DNA of 64,000 nucleotides from Alphaproteobacteria bacterium (GCA_964291415.2 OZ219917.1:736001-800000); one strand, 5' to 3'; numbered from the stretch's first letter, positions 37,393 to 48,066 are shown. Numbers and translations are program-made. Notes: a model not told the origin generated them from the letters alone.

Positions 37393-39326
37393 GACGGCCC
37401 ACCTCTCCGGCGGACGAGGCCGATGGCGCCTCCTGCCGCCATCAGCAAGGCGCCGCCCCAGATCCAGGGAACCAGGGGGTTGTGGTAGAGGCGCACGACA
37501 TGGGCGCCGTCACCGACGGCATCGCCGATGACGACGTAGAGATCGGCCAGAAGCGTGGTGTGAATGGCGGCTTCCGTCGTCTGCGTCGCCTGGACGAGGT
37601 AGGAGCGCCGCTCCGGTTCGAGGCGGGTAATGTGGCGGCCGTCGGCCATGACCAGGAACGTCCCGCGCTCGGCATCGTAGTTGGGCCCCGCCACCATCTG
37701 CGCTCCCTCGAAGACGAGCGTGTACCCGGCGATCTCCTGGCGATCGCCTGCCGCCATGGTGCGGATGATCTCCGTCTGCCAGGCCGAGGACGCCGTCACG
37801 CCGGCGACGAAGACCGCCAGACCGAGATGGGCGAGGTGCATCGCATGGGATGCTGCAGGCAGTCGCCGTGCCCGTTGCCAGCTCTGCCGCAGGGGGCACC
37901 TGAAGATCCTGATTCGCTCCCCGTACTCGAGGATCACCGACCCGGCGATCCAGACCGAAAGGGCGATGCCGAAGGCCGGGAGAGGCGATGTCTGCAGGGT
38001 CCACCACCACGCGATCCCCCAGGTTGCCACGGCGACCAGCGCCAGCAGTTTCAGGCGCGACAGCACGCCCGCGAGATCGGCCCGTTTCCAGGGCGCCATC
38101 ATGCCGAGGGCAACGAGGATGAGGAGCGGAACCATGAGGGGGACGAAGACGATTTCGAAGTAGGGCGGACCGACGGAAACGGTGGCGCCGCCGACGACGT
38201 CGAGGAGCAGGGGGTAGAGGGTTCCCGTCAGCACCGTGAAACAGCCGGCGGCGAGGAACAGGTTGTTGAGAACCAGCGCGCCCTCGCGGCTCACCGGGGC
38301 GAAGAGGCCTCCTGGCCGCAGCGACGGCGCCCGCATCGCATAGAGCGCCAGGGCCCCGCCGATGGCCGCTGTCAGGATGGCGAGTATGAAGATGCCGCGC
38401 GCCGGGTCGACCGCGAAGGCATGGACGGAGGTGAGGACGCCGGAACGCACCAGGAACGTTCCCAGCAGGCTGAGCGAGAACGCGAGGATGGCCAGCAGGA
38501 TGGTCCAGCTCTTCAGGGCCTCACGCTTCCCGGTCACGATCGTCGAATGGAGAAGGGCGGTGGCTGCCAACCACGGCATGAAGGAGGCATTCTCCACCGG
38601 ATCCCAGAACCACCATCCCCCCCATCCGAGTTCGTAGTAGGCCCACCAGCTTCCCAGCGCGATTCCGGTGGTGAGGAAGGTCCATGAGGCGAGCGTGAAG
38701 GGGCGCACCCACTGGGCCCAGCGCCGGTCGACCCGGCCCTCGATGAGGGCCGCCACGGCAAAGGCGAATGTCACCGAAAGACCGACATAGCCGAGATAGA
38801 GAAACGGCGGATGGAAGGCGAGACCGGGGTCCTGGAGGATGGGGTTGAGATCGCGGCCGTCCACCGGCGGCGGGGCGAGGCGTTCGAAGGGATTGGAGGT
38901 GAAGAGGGAAAACGCGAGGAAGCTCGCGGCGATGAGGCCCAGGACACCGAGAACCCTTGCCTTCGTCTCAAGCGGCAAGCGGTCGCCGCGAACGGCGACC
39001 GCGAGGGCAAAGAGGGCAAGGATGAAGACCCAGAGAACGAGGGATCCCTCGTGATTTCCCCACACGCCGGTCACCTTGTAGAGCATCGGCTTGAGGGAAT
39101 GGGAGTTCTCGAAGACGTTGCGCAGAGAGAAATCCGAGTGGATGTAGGCCAGGGTGAGGGCGGTGAAGGCGATCATCGTCATGGCCGCCTGGGCGAGCGC
39201 GGCGCCGGTTGCAAGTTTCATCCACGCCTCATGGCCGCGGGCCGCACCGGCAAGCGGCAGCGTACCCTGCAGGAGGGCAAGGCAAAGGGCCAGGATCAGT
39301 GCAAAATGACCGGTTTCCGCGATCAA
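37389..39326 (-). CDS. ccmF: Heme lyase CcmF
   Basis: WGNHEGS, HPPFLYLGY, WAYYELGWGGWWFWDPVEN and SVHAFA. Confidence 0.97.
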   Translation of the reverse strand: MIAETGHFALILALCLALLQGTLPLAGAARGHEAWMKLATGAALAQAAMTMIAFTALTLAYIHSDFSLRNVFENSHSLKPMLYKVTGVWGNHEGSLVLWVFILALFALAVAVRGDRLPLETKARVLGVLGLIAASFLAFSLFTSNPFERLAPPPVDGRDLNPILQDPGLAFHPPFLYLGYVGLSVTFAFAVAALIEGRVDRRWAQWVRPFTLASWTFLTTGIALGSWWAYYELGWGGWWFWDPVENASFMPWLAATALLHSTIVTGKREALKSWTILLAILAFSLSLLGTFLVRSGVLTSVHAFAVDPARGIFILAILTAAIGGALALYAMRAPSLRPGGLFAPVSREGALVLNNLFLAAGCFTVLTGTLYPLLLDVVGGATVSVGPPYFEIVFVPLMVPLLILVALGMMAPWKRADLAGVLSRLKLLALVAVATWGIAWWWTLQTSPLPAFGIALSVWIAGSVILEYGERIRIFRCPLRQSWQRARRLPAASHAMHLAHLGLAVFVAGVTASSAWQTEIIRTMAAGDRQEIAGYTLVFEGAQMVAGPNYDAERGTFLVMADGRHITRLEPERRSYLVQATQTTEAAIHTTLLADLYVVIGDAVGDGAHVVRLYHNPLVPWIWGGALLMAAGGAIGLVRRRGGPS

Positions 39327-39342
39327 GGCGCCAGGTTTCCCG

Positions 39343-39867
39343 TCAACGCAGTTTCCTCAGGTAGAGGTAGTAGGCGCCATCGCCCCCGTGCTGCGGTCTG
39401 GCCGGTGCCAGAGCGACGATGCGCCGGCGCATGCCGGGTTCGTTGAGCCACTGCGGCACCAGGCGGCGGAGAACACCGGTGCGCTCCTCGAGCGGACCCC
39501 TCTGTCCCTTGCCGGTGATCAGGAGGACGACCCGGTGGCGCTGCTCCTGGGAGCGGGCGAGAAAGGCCTGAAGTTCCGCATGGGCCTCACGCTGGGTGAA
39601 TCCATGAAGATCAAGGCGGTTCTCGATAGCCAGCTGGCCACGCCTGAACCGATCCGCCTGGCGGCGGTCGAGCCCGTCGACGGCACCGGGAACAAGCGTT
39701 CTGGCAACCGTCTTGCGGGGTGCGGCTGGCGCCGGTTGCCGGTGGCGGGTGGCAGCGGCCGGCCTTTCCGGTTCCACTGGCGGCTCGGCACCCGGCGGCC
39801 GGTTCCTGAGCGGCGTCACCGAACGCGTCACCCGGCTCCACAGGGCGTCGTCATCGTCGCAGTTCAT
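39343..39867 (-). CDS. Smr/MutS domain protein
   Basis: LDLHG.T..EA, LITGKG, GVLR..VP.WL and HGGDGAYY. Confidence 0.9.
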   Translation of the reverse strand: MNCDDDDALWSRVTRSVTPLRNRPPGAEPPVEPERPAAATRHRQPAPAAPRKTVARTLVPGAVDGLDRRQADRFRRGQLAIENRLDLHGFTQREAHAELQAFLARSQEQRHRVVLLITGKGQRGPLEERTGVLRRLVPQWLNEPGMRRRIVALAPARPQHGGDGAYYLYLRKLR

Positions 39868-41000
39868 GTCAGCCTCCTGGCGAGATAGCGCCAGAACTCC
39901 CACAGGGTCCTCTCCTTGGGGCAAAGCGGTCCGGGCTGGACGTGATCACTCTTCAGATTGCGGGCGATCGATTCGACGATTCGCCTGTCCTCGAGATTCA
40001 CGGCTTCGAATGTCACTCTCATGTCATCCTGAAAGGCGGCATATCCATCGGCATCCGCCGGAACCATCGATCGTGCAACGGTCACGCCCCAGAGCACCCT
40101 GACGTGATCGATGCCGTCGGGCTGCAATGACATCCAGAAACCGCGCGCCAGGCTGGTTGATACCACGTGACAAGGATAGATGTGCATGAGGGGAAAGCGC
40201 CGTCGGGCCTCATCGCTGGCCTCGGGCCGGGTCTTCTCCGCCGGCCGCGTGGTTTCCATCCAGTGGATGTTCCAGTCCGCTTCTCCCGGTTCACACTCAA
40301 CCCCCTGGGTCGGAGTGTAGGGTTGCAGGGTTTCGCGGTGACTGGAGAAGAGGTGGTAGCTCTCCGTGAAGTTCTCGGCGAGCGTCTTCCAGTTGCAGGC
40401 CCAGGTCTCGTTGGCGCGCCAGACCATGACATGGTCCGCCGGATACCAGGGGGCGATTCGCGACGACAGGCTGCCAAGCCGTGACGACATTGGCGCCACG
40501 TCGTCATCGAGCGTGACGTAGATCCATCCCTCCCAGATGTCGGTCCGCACCTGAGGCAGGGAGATGGACGACAGATCGGGCCTGTCCCCGCTGAACGGCG
40601 CGCCAAGCAGGGCCCCCTCAAGATCATAGGTCCAGGCGTGGTAGGGACAGACGATCCGTTCGGCGTGACCGCACCCGTCAAGAAGTCGGGCGCCGCGATG
40701 GCGGCAAATGTTGACCAGCGCGGCGAGAGTGCCGTCCCGCTGGCGGATCACGGCCACGGGCGTGTCGACGATGCGGTGGGTGATGTAGTCGCCGGGTTCG
40801 GGAATCTCGTCCACCCGGCCAACACAGACCCAGTCTGCGAGAAACAGCCGGCGGATCTCGAGGGCAGCGAAGTCCGGGTCGACGTAGGCCCCGCGGGGCA
40901 ACGTCACGGCGTCCGCAAAGGGCCGTGCGGCAGTGCGGGCGACAGAGGCGAGAAGATCGTCGATACCGGACATGAAGGGCGGGCCTCCGACGGCTGTCAC
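39864..41000 (-). CDS. Rieske non-heme iron oxygenase alpha subunit (quaternary amine/choline monooxygenase-like)
   Basis: NICRHRG...CPYHAW, NWK...ENF.ESYH....H and terminal ED. Confidence 0.9.
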   Translation of the reverse strand: MTAVGGPPFMSGIDDLLASVARTAARPFADAVTLPRGAYVDPDFAALEIRRLFLADWVCVGRVDEIPEPGDYITHRIVDTPVAVIRQRDGTLAALVNICRHRGARLLDGCGHAERIVCPYHAWTYDLEGALLGAPFSGDRPDLSSISLPQVRTDIWEGWIYVTLDDDVAPMSSRLGSLSSRIAPWYPADHVMVWRANETWACNWKTLAENFTESYHLFSSHRETLQPYTPTQGVECEPGEADWNIHWMETTRPAEKTRPEASDEARRRFPLMHIYPCHVVSTSLARGFWMSLQPDGIDHVRVLWGVTVARSMVPADADGYAAFQDDMRVTFEAVNLEDRRIVESIARNLKSDHVQPGPLCPKERTLWEFWRYLARRLT

Positions 41001-41665
41001 GTCTCCTTCACGAGAACGATGTGAAGGTGTCGCGGCCCGTGCACACCGGTCTGGATGGTCTGCTCGATGTCACCGGTGCGGCTGACGCCGGTGATCATGT
41101 TGACGGTACGGGGCAGGGACCCTGCCGAGGCACGACCGGAGGCTCTCAGCCGGTCCCAGACGTCCTCGGCGGCGCCGACTATATCGCTTTCCCTCAGGAC
41201 GGCAATATGCGTCTCCGGCAGAAAGTTCATCGTCGACGGGCTGTCGGGGCCCGAGGTCATGATGAGCGTGCCTGTCTCGGCGACTGCACAGAAGGCCCGG
41301 TTGACCCCGCAGTGATCGCTGTCGAGGGGTTTGCGCGGTTCGGCGGTGATGGCCATCGCCGTCCAGTCCATGGATTCGAGATCGTTATGGGGGGCGACAG
41401 CGACGCGGGCAGGAAGATTGCGCTGGCGCAGGTAGCGGGACACTTCCGACGGCACGTCCTCGAGGCCTGCCACGCGCATCACGCTCGCCTGGACAGCTTC
41501 GGCCTTGCTGACGAAGACGTCGATGAGTTCGGCATCCGACGACTGGGCGCACTCCGGCTGCAGGTTGCGCCGGTGCCGTTTGAGCCTTGCCGTCGCGTCG
41601 CGTTCCCGACCTTGAAGGGACGCCTCGCGAATGCGCGACAGGATGTCGTGACGGGCGTCGCTCAT
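40997..41665 (-). CDS. lutC: Lactate utilization protein C (LUD domain)
   Basis: AETGT, LPETHIA and ITG.SRTGDIEQ....GVHGP. Confidence 0.85.
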   Translation of the reverse strand: MSDARHDILSRIREASLQGRERDATARLKRHRRNLQPECAQSSDAELIDVFVSKAEAVQASVMRVAGLEDVPSEVSRYLRQRNLPARVAVAPHNDLESMDWTAMAITAEPRKPLDSDHCGVNRAFCAVAETGTLIMTSGPDSPSTMNFLPETHIAVLRESDIVGAAEDVWDRLRASGRASAGSLPRTVNMITGVSRTGDIEQTIQTGVHGPRHLHIVLVKET

Positions 41666-43086
41666 GGCCGTTCTCCCGCCTTCCACCGGCTCTGGAACGT
41701 CGCACCGGCAGGGCTCGCGAGGTCCCGTGTCCGCGTCCACGCACGCGTCAAGGGCAGACGTGGCAGGTACCCCCGGCGTCGTCCCAAGGCGGCGAGGAGG
41801 CGTGTCGTGATCGAGGTGAGGGGGCGGTAGAGCCATGGCCGGGCAGCGATCACCGACCACATCTGAAGGCCGGTGCGCATGACCGGTGGCGACGCGCCGC
41901 GCTCGGCCTCCTCGTTGCGCAGGCGACGCAGGATGCCGGGCAAGGGGATCCTCATCGGGCAGACTTCCTCGCAGCGTCCGCACAATGACGAGGCGTTGGG
42001 CAGGTGGGAGGTGCGGGCGAGTCCGTCGAGGGACGGTGTCAGAGCGGCGCCCACGGGACCGGAGTAGGGAGAGCCGTAGGCGTGCCCGCCGACCTTGGCG
42101 TAGACCGGGCAGGCATTGAGACAGCACCCGCAACGGATGCAGCGCAGGAGATCGCGGTTCGGCCCGCCCAGCAGGCCCGTGCGCCCGTTGTCGACCAGGA
42201 CGACATGAAAGGCGTCGGGACCGTCATGGTCGTCCTGGCGCCGGGGTCCCGCCGAAAAGGTCGTGTAGGACGTCATGTCCTGGCCGGTCGCCGAACGAGC
42301 GAGAAGGCGCAGCAAGGTGGAGGCGTCTTCCAGCGTCGGGACGATCTTCTCGATTCCTGCCAGCACCACATGGACGCCGGAGAGAAGCTGGGTGAGATCC
42401 CCGTTGCCCTCATTGGTCACGATCACCGTCTGACCCGTTTCGGCGATCAGGAAGTTGGCACCGGTGATTCCGACGTCAGCCTCCAGAAAGCGGCCACGCA
42501 GCATCTGCCTCGCATCGGCGAGAAGTCCATCGAGGTCGTCGGCTTCTCGGTCCGGGAGGTTCGTGTGGTGGTGATTGAAGAGGGTGCTGATCTGGCGGCG
42601 GTTCTTGTGGATGGCGGGGGCGATGATGTGGCTTGGCGTCTCGCCGGCGAGCTGCACGATGTATTCGCCAAGATCGGTCTCCACCGCCTCGATGCCGGCG
42701 TCCTCAAGCCAGTCGTTGAGGCCGATCTCCTCGCTCACCATGGTCTTTCCCTTGGTGACGGTCGATGCCCCGGCGTCGCGGCAGATGTTCAGCACGATGC
42801 GGCGCGCCTCGGCGTCGTCGCGCGCCCAGTGGACCGTCCCTCCCGACGCCTCGACGGCATCCTCGAAGGCGACGAGATAGGTGTCGAGGTGATCCAGGAC
42901 GTGATTCTTGATGCCGACCGCTTCGTCGACAAGCTCATCGAACTCCGGCATCGACTCCCGGGCACGGGCCCGTCTCGCCAGAAAATTGCCCCTGAGCCTG
43001 GCGAGATTGGCCTGCAACTCGGCATCCGCGAGGGCCTCGTCGGCGCCTTCTCGAAACCGCTCGCTCTTGAGCCGGTGAAGCGTCAC
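41662..43086 (-). CDS. lutB: Lactate utilization Fe-S protein B
   Basis: ETDLGEYI.QL, PSHIIAPA.H, NEGN, CIRCGCCLNACP and SLCGRCEEVCP. Confidence 0.92.
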   Translation of the reverse strand: MTLHRLKSERFREGADEALADAELQANLARLRGNFLARRARARESMPEFDELVDEAVGIKNHVLDHLDTYLVAFEDAVEASGGTVHWARDDAEARRIVLNICRDAGASTVTKGKTMVSEEIGLNDWLEDAGIEAVETDLGEYIVQLAGETPSHIIAPAIHKNRRQISTLFNHHHTNLPDREADDLDGLLADARQMLRGRFLEADVGITGANFLIAETGQTVIVTNEGNGDLTQLLSGVHVVLAGIEKIVPTLEDASTLLRLLARSATGQDMTSYTTFSAGPRRQDDHDGPDAFHVVLVDNGRTGLLGGPNRDLLRCIRCGCCLNACPVYAKVGGHAYGSPYSGPVGAALTPSLDGLARTSHLPNASSLCGRCEEVCPMRIPLPGILRRLRNEEAERGASPPVMRTGLQMWSVIAARPWLYRPLTSITTRLLAALGRRRGYLPRLPLTRAWTRTRDLASPAGATFQSRWKAGERP

Positions 43087-43844
43087 GGGTCCGGCTCGCC
43101 GATGGCAGGACCCGCCGTGTCGTCGGCCAGCACCTCGGCCACGTGCCGTACCTTCATGGGCGAGGCCTGGCGCCGCAGAATGCCGGCAATGTTGAGCAGG
43201 CAACCGAGATCGGCCGAGAGAACCATGTCGGCGCCAGTTTCCTCGAGCCTGGCCGCCTTGTCCTCGGCCATGGCGGTGGAGATGGCGGGATACTTGACGG
43301 CGAAGGTGCCGCCGAATCCGCAACAGACCTCCCGATCCCGGGCCTCCTTCAGGACCGTGCCCTCGACAGCCCCCAGCAGGGTCCTCGGGGCCTCCCGGGT
43401 GCCGGCCTCGCGCAGGCAAGAGCATGAATCATGCCAGGTGACCGTCCCATCGTAGCGGCTTCCGGTCGTCGTCATCCCCCGAACCTCGACGAGAAAGCGG
43501 GTGAGTTCGAAGGTCCGCCGGGCGAGGGCGCGGGCGCGTTCCTCGTCACGGGTTCCCTCGAAGAGAGCGGGGTAGTGCCGTGTCACCATCCCTGTGCATG
43601 AGCCCGAGGGTGCGACCACGTAATCATAGGGCTCCAGCGCATCGAGCATGGTCCGGGCGACCTTCATGGCAAGGTGCCGCTCACCGGAATTGTAGGCCGG
43701 TTGACCGCAGCACGACTGCGTCGGGACCTCGACATCGCACCCGGCATCCTCAAGCAGGCGCACCGTGGCAAACCCGACCGATGGACGGAAGAGGTCGACG
43801 AGACAGGTGACGAGAAGCGCCACCCGGGGGCGGGTCTCGCTCAT
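43083..43844 (-). CDS. lutA: Lactate utilization CCG-domain protein A
   Basis: TCLVD, CCGQPAYNSG, SGSC, HDSC, CCGFGGTFAVK and DLGCL. Confidence 0.92.
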   Translation of the reverse strand: MSETRPRVALLVTCLVDLFRPSVGFATVRLLEDAGCDVEVPTQSCCGQPAYNSGERHLAMKVARTMLDALEPYDYVVAPSGSCTGMVTRHYPALFEGTRDEERARALARRTFELTRFLVEVRGMTTTGSRYDGTVTWHDSCSCLREAGTREAPRTLLGAVEGTVLKEARDREVCCGFGGTFAVKYPAISTAMAEDKAARLEETGADMVLSADLGCLLNIAGILRRQASPMKVRHVAEVLADDTAGPAIGEPDP

Positions 43845-44938
43845 GGTTCGGCAGCGGCCATGAGCGAGACCGCGATCGTCGCCGGCAGCAGGATCCAGGA
43901 GCGTCCCGGCGAGTTCATGGCCCCGGCCATGCCGGCGGCCCAGTCCCCGGCGCCGAAGAAGATGTCGCCGCGCACCGCGCCGATGATGGCACTGCCGGTG
44001 TCCTGGGCGATCATGAGACGCTGCCACGGTGCGCCGTCGGGCAGTGTCGTCTCCAGCCAGACTGGCACGCCGTAGGCGAGATAGGCGTCGTCCACGGCGA
44101 GACTGCGCCCCGGCGTCAGGGGGACACCCTGGGCCCCCACCGGTCCTTCGCCCTCGAGTTCGTGAAAGAAGACATAGCTGCGGTTGACGGCCATGAGGCC
44201 GGCCGCCTCGTCCGGGCGGGAGGCAAGCCAGGCACGGATCGACGCCATGGAGATGTCATCGGCCGCGATCTCGCCGCGCCGGATGAGTTCCTTGCCGATC
44301 GACGTGTAGGGGTGGCCGTTGCCGCCGGCGTATCCGACCAGGATTTCGCTGCCGTCCTCGAGGCGCACCCTGCCGCTTCCCTGGACATGCAGGAAGAAGG
44401 CATCGACAGGGTCGTCCACCCAGAGGAGTTCGAGGCCCATGCCGTCAAGGGCGCCGTCATCGATGGCGGCACGGTCGGGAAGCGGCGAGAGGTTGTCCGG
44501 CATACGGTAGAGCGGCCAGCGCCAGGGCCCGCCTCCTGTCCTCGAACCGGACAGAAGGGGTTCGAAATACCCGGTGAAGAGACTTCCGCCGGCCCCGGTG
44601 ACGCGCCAGGGGCGGAACCAGGTCTCGAAGAAGGCCCTCGCGTTACTGCCAGCCGTGTTGCGGGCCAGCCGGCATCGTTCCTTCCACAGCGAGACTGTCG
44701 CCATGGCGGGCTTGCGGCCGAGGGAGGCGTCCGGGTCCTGCCTTTCGATGGCCTCGCAGGATGTCACGAAGGCGTCGAGGGCTTCCGCGTGGTTGTCCTC
44801 ACCCCAGCCCGGGAGGTCGGCAAAGTGCGCATCCTCGAGAACGAAGGCCGGCTGACGGTCTCTCGCATGATCACAACCGGCGACGGCGAGCATGAGACCA
44901 AGAAGTGCCGGGGCGGCCAGCCGGCGAAATCCCGCCAC
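43841..44938 (-). CDS. mltA: Membrane-bound lytic murein transglycosylase A
   Basis: Lipobox AVAGC, FTGYFEP, VQGSG, N.SYVFF and QDTGSAI.G.VRGD.FFG.G. Confidence 0.92.
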   Translation of the reverse strand: MAGFRRLAAPALLGLMLAVAGCDHARDRQPAFVLEDAHFADLPGWGEDNHAEALDAFVTSCEAIERQDPDASLGRKPAMATVSLWKERCRLARNTAGSNARAFFETWFRPWRVTGAGGSLFTGYFEPLLSGSRTGGGPWRWPLYRMPDNLSPLPDRAAIDDGALDGMGLELLWVDDPVDAFFLHVQGSGRVRLEDGSEILVGYAGGNGHPYTSIGKELIRRGEIAADDISMASIRAWLASRPDEAAGLMAVNRSYVFFHELEGEGPVGAQGVPLTPGRSLAVDDAYLAYGVPVWLETTLPDGAPWQRLMIAQDTGSAIIGAVRGDIFFGAGDWAAGMAGAMNSPGRSWILLPATIAVSLMAAAEP

Positions 44939-44939
44939 G

Positions 44940-45650
44940 TCAGGCGGGGCTGCGGGTGGCGACCAGCAGCCAGTTGGGATCACGCGCACGGGTGTCGCGG
45001 GAGAAAGTCCAGATGTCCGTCACCTCGATGGTGCTCGTCGGATCTCCGGCGATGATCCGGTTCTCGCTGTCCTTCACCACGTCGATCTGGTTGGAACGGA
45101 AGCGCACCGTGATGCTCGCCTGGCGGCTGTTCATGACGGCCTCGATGGCCTCGCAGTCGACGATGGCCACCAGTTCGATCTGCCGCTTGGTCCCGTGCTG
45201 GTCGCGATCGGAGATGGCCTGGCTGAAACTGCGATGGACCTCGTCGTCAAGGAATTCCCGAACGGGTTCGAGGTCGCCCTTGTGGAAGGCGTCGAGGATC
45301 ATGCCGAACGCCTGGCGCGCCCCGGCATGGAATTCATCCACGTTGAAGCCGCGGTCGGCGCGCCTGATCCTGTCGAGGCCCTGGACCAGCGGATCCCCTG
45401 ATTCGTCCGCCTCGCCTTCGTCCGTCTCCTCGCGCCTGAAGGGCAGCACGGTTCCCTGATCATCGTTGTCGGCGACCGGGCCGGGCATCGGTGCTGGCGG
45501 CGGCTGTTCGTTTCCGGTCCGCCGTCCAAGGACATTGAACAGTTTGAAGAAGATCACTGCCGCCAGTACGGCGAAGATCAGAATGTCCACGAATCCGCCC
45601 GCCACGTCGAATCGTCGTCCGGCAGCATGCACGATGCCGCCCCCCGGCAA
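44940..45650 (-). CDS. Tim44/TimA family protein
   Basis: 'L..VLGRRTG.E', 'F..GA..AF.MI..AF..GD' and 'D.WTF.R......PNW.L.AT'; start uncertain. Confidence 0.9.
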   Translation of the reverse strand: MPGGGIVHAAGRRFDVAGGFVDILIFAVLAAVIFFKLFNVLGRRTGNEQPPPAPMPGPVADNDDQGTVLPFRREETDEGEADESGDPLVQGLDRIRRADRGFNVDEFHAGARQAFGMILDAFHKGDLEPVREFLDDEVHRSFSQAISDRDQHGTKRQIELVAIVDCEAIEAVMNSRQASITVRFRSNQIDVVKDSENRIIAGDPTSTIEVTDIWTFSRDTRARDPNWLLVATRSPA

Positions 45651-45738
45651 TCTAGTCCCTTGCCGCGCCGGGGTCGAGTCACCAGTGGCGCGGAGGGGCC
45701 AACACCCCTATAGATGGGTAGCCAGAGACCTTTGCGCC

Positions 45739-46185
45739 ATGCCTGTCCTTCTCCTCGCCCTTTTCATCGGCCTTCCCCTCGTCGAGGTATGGCTGCTCGT
45801 CGAGGTCGGCGGTTTCGTAGGCGCCTGGTGGACCGTCGCCCTGTGCATCGCGACGGCCGTTGGCGGCGCGGCGCTCGTGCGCCACCAGGGCCGCTCGACC
45901 CTCGAACGGGTGCGCACCACCCTGCGTCAGGGCAGGATGCCTCTGGGCGACCTGTTCGCCGGCGCCTGCATTCTCGTGGCCGGCGTGATGCTCCTGCTCC
46001 CGGGTTTCTTCAGCGATGCGGCAGGATTCCTGCTCCTCCTGCCGCCGTTCCGCGGCCTCCTCGCTCTCGCTCTAGGCCGCTTCATCCACGTCGCCGCCAC
46101 GCAGTCCCGCCCCGGCGGCCGCACCATCGAAGGCGAATGGGAGCCCGTCGACGACCCCCCGAGCGGGCGACTCGACCGCCCCTGA
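45739..46185 (+). CDS. fxsA: FxsA family membrane protein
   Basis: P..E...L..VG...G.W.T, R.QG and LLLPGFFSD..G.LLL.P. Confidence 0.9.
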   Translation: MPVLLLALFIGLPLVEVWLLVEVGGFVGAWWTVALCIATAVGGAALVRHQGRSTLERVRTTLRQGRMPLGDLFAGACILVAGVMLLLPGFFSDAAGFLLLLPPFRGLLALALGRFIHVAATQSRPGGRTIEGEWEPVDDPPSGRLDRP

Positions 46186-46199
46186 TTCCACTGCCCGAC

Positions 46200-47290
46200 G
46201 GCAAAGTCGGGCATTGGCCATGTCGTTCCCGACCTGTTCCCGGACGTCCGGCAATGGCAGGAGATCCTGCACATCGCCCGGCAGGCCCTTGCGCCCCCGA
46301 TCCGCCGCCTTGCGCCAGGCCGGCCCCCGGGCGCGCAGTTCCTCCCAGGCATCCTGGAGTTCTTCCGGGCGGTCGCGCGCCAGCACCCGCGCAAGGAGCG
46401 CAGCCTGCTCAAGGTCCTTCTTCGCCTTGGCGCGGCTTGCCGGGTCCGCAGGTCTGCGCGCTGCGACGAGCAGCTTGTGGACGGCAAAGCGTTCCGGGGA
46501 GGGTGTCCTGACGGGGATTCCCGTCCCATGAAGCACCAGGGCCTCGATCTCCCGGTACAAGAGGAAGTCGAGGAAACGGAGCGGTTGGGCGTCGCCTTCC
46601 AGGGCGGGGAGATGTATGGGCCCGTCCCGCGGCGGACCCCGCACAGGCGCGAGCACGTCTACGACGAATCTCTGCGCGTTCGGGCCCCGGATCGCGTAAC
46701 GAAGGGTCCGGCGCGGATCGAAGGGCGACGGGACGGCCTCGAATGCGGGATCGACGCTCTTCAGGACGGACAAGAGATTCGGCTCGATCCGGTCGTCCAC
46801 GGCGATCGAGATGGCGGGGAACTGTCCATTATCCACGTCACCCGCGCGCGCCGTCGCGCCCCGCACCTTGAAACCGAGCATGGGCGCGTAGCACTGGAAG
46901 GCGACGGATCCGACAACCACGGAAGGCACCGGCCTCGGACAGGGCGGCCAGCACGTTGCCGCTGAGGCCGTCAGGGGCGGGCACGCCCCCTGCGCGCAGG
47001 GCCCGGACCATGCCGATCCGGTCCTTGCGGGCCTCGGCGCGTTCCACCCGAGTCTCGATCCTGCGACGGATTTCAGGCGTGTCCGGACCGAGATATCTGG
47101 CCGGGGGCCGGTAACCGTTGCGGGTTGCGGGGTGCCAGTACCAGTAGGCCCGCCCCTTGACGACGCGCTTGTGTGGCGTTCCTCCGGCATCCATGATCTC
47201 CTGGAAACTGCCGGACCAGGCCCGGTCCGCCAGTTCCGCGTAGACCGTCTGCATCGCGACAGGCAGGCGTTGAAAGGTTTTCAGGGGAGA
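46200..47290 (-). pseudogene. GSU2403-family nucleotidyltransferase-fold gene, frameshifted
   Basis: N-part (QTVYAEL, GRAYWYW, RYLGPD, LSEAGAFR) and C-part (VVVGSVAFQCY, GDVD, AQPLRFLDFL, PSPERFAVHKL, KAKKDLEQA) are in different frames; the junction is near 46925. Ends are approximate. Confidence 0.75.
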
Positions 47291-47577
47291 ATTCTCCCTT
47301 GTTGTAAACAATGTTGCATTTTGTTTGTAACCATTCTCCAGGAGAGTCAGGTCTGTCCCGCGATGCCCCGGACTGCTCCCTGCAAGACCCGCACCTGCGT
47401 CCGCTTCTCCTGAGCCGGTCGAACAGGAAGATCGCAGCCTTTGGGGTTTCGGTTCCCTCAAGCCGGACGCACCTCGCGTTCCGCGACACCGGCCAGACCA
47501 TGTCTCCCCGTTTCCGGCTTGCCTTGACGCTTCCGGATGACGGACATTGACGGGAAACCGAAGCGAGGGACCCTGTC

Positions 47578-48066
47578 ATGCTGCTCGAAGGTTCGTGCCA
47601 TTGCGGCGCCATCCGCTTCCGTGTCCGTTCCGCCCACCCCTATCCCTTCAACCTCTGCTACTGCAACATCTGTCGAAAGACCGGCGGGGGCGGGGGCTAT
47701 GCGATCAACCTCGGCGCCGAGTACGAGAGCCTGGAGGTCGAGGGAGACGACAATCGCAGCGTCTACCATGCGGTGATGCGCGAGGATGGAGGCGAAGAGA
47801 TCAGCCCGGCGGAACGGAGCTTTTGCGCTCTGTGTGGCACATCGCTATGGCTGTGGGACCCGCGCTGGCCGGACCTCGTGCATCCCCTCGCCTCCGCCAT
47901 CGACACAGAGCTCCCTGTCCCTCCCGAACGCACCCACCTGCTGCTCTCCGACAAGCCCGCCTGGGTCGAGGTTCACCTCGGGCCGAAGGACCGGCAGTTC
48001 GACGGCTACCCGGAGGAGTCGCTGGCTGAGTGGCACGAGCGCCTGGGTCTCTCCCGCCCCGACTGA
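47578..48066 (+). CDS. GFA/CENP-V family Zn-binding protein
   Basis: GSCHCG, CYCNICRK and RSFCALCG. Confidence 0.92.
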   Translation: MLLEGSCHCGAIRFRVRSAHPYPFNLCYCNICRKTGGGGGYAINLGAEYESLEVEGDDNRSVYHAVMREDGGEEISPAERSFCALCGTSLWLWDPRWPDLVHPLASAIDTELPVPPERTHLLLSDKPAWVEVHLGPKDRQFDGYPEESLAEWHERLGLSRPD

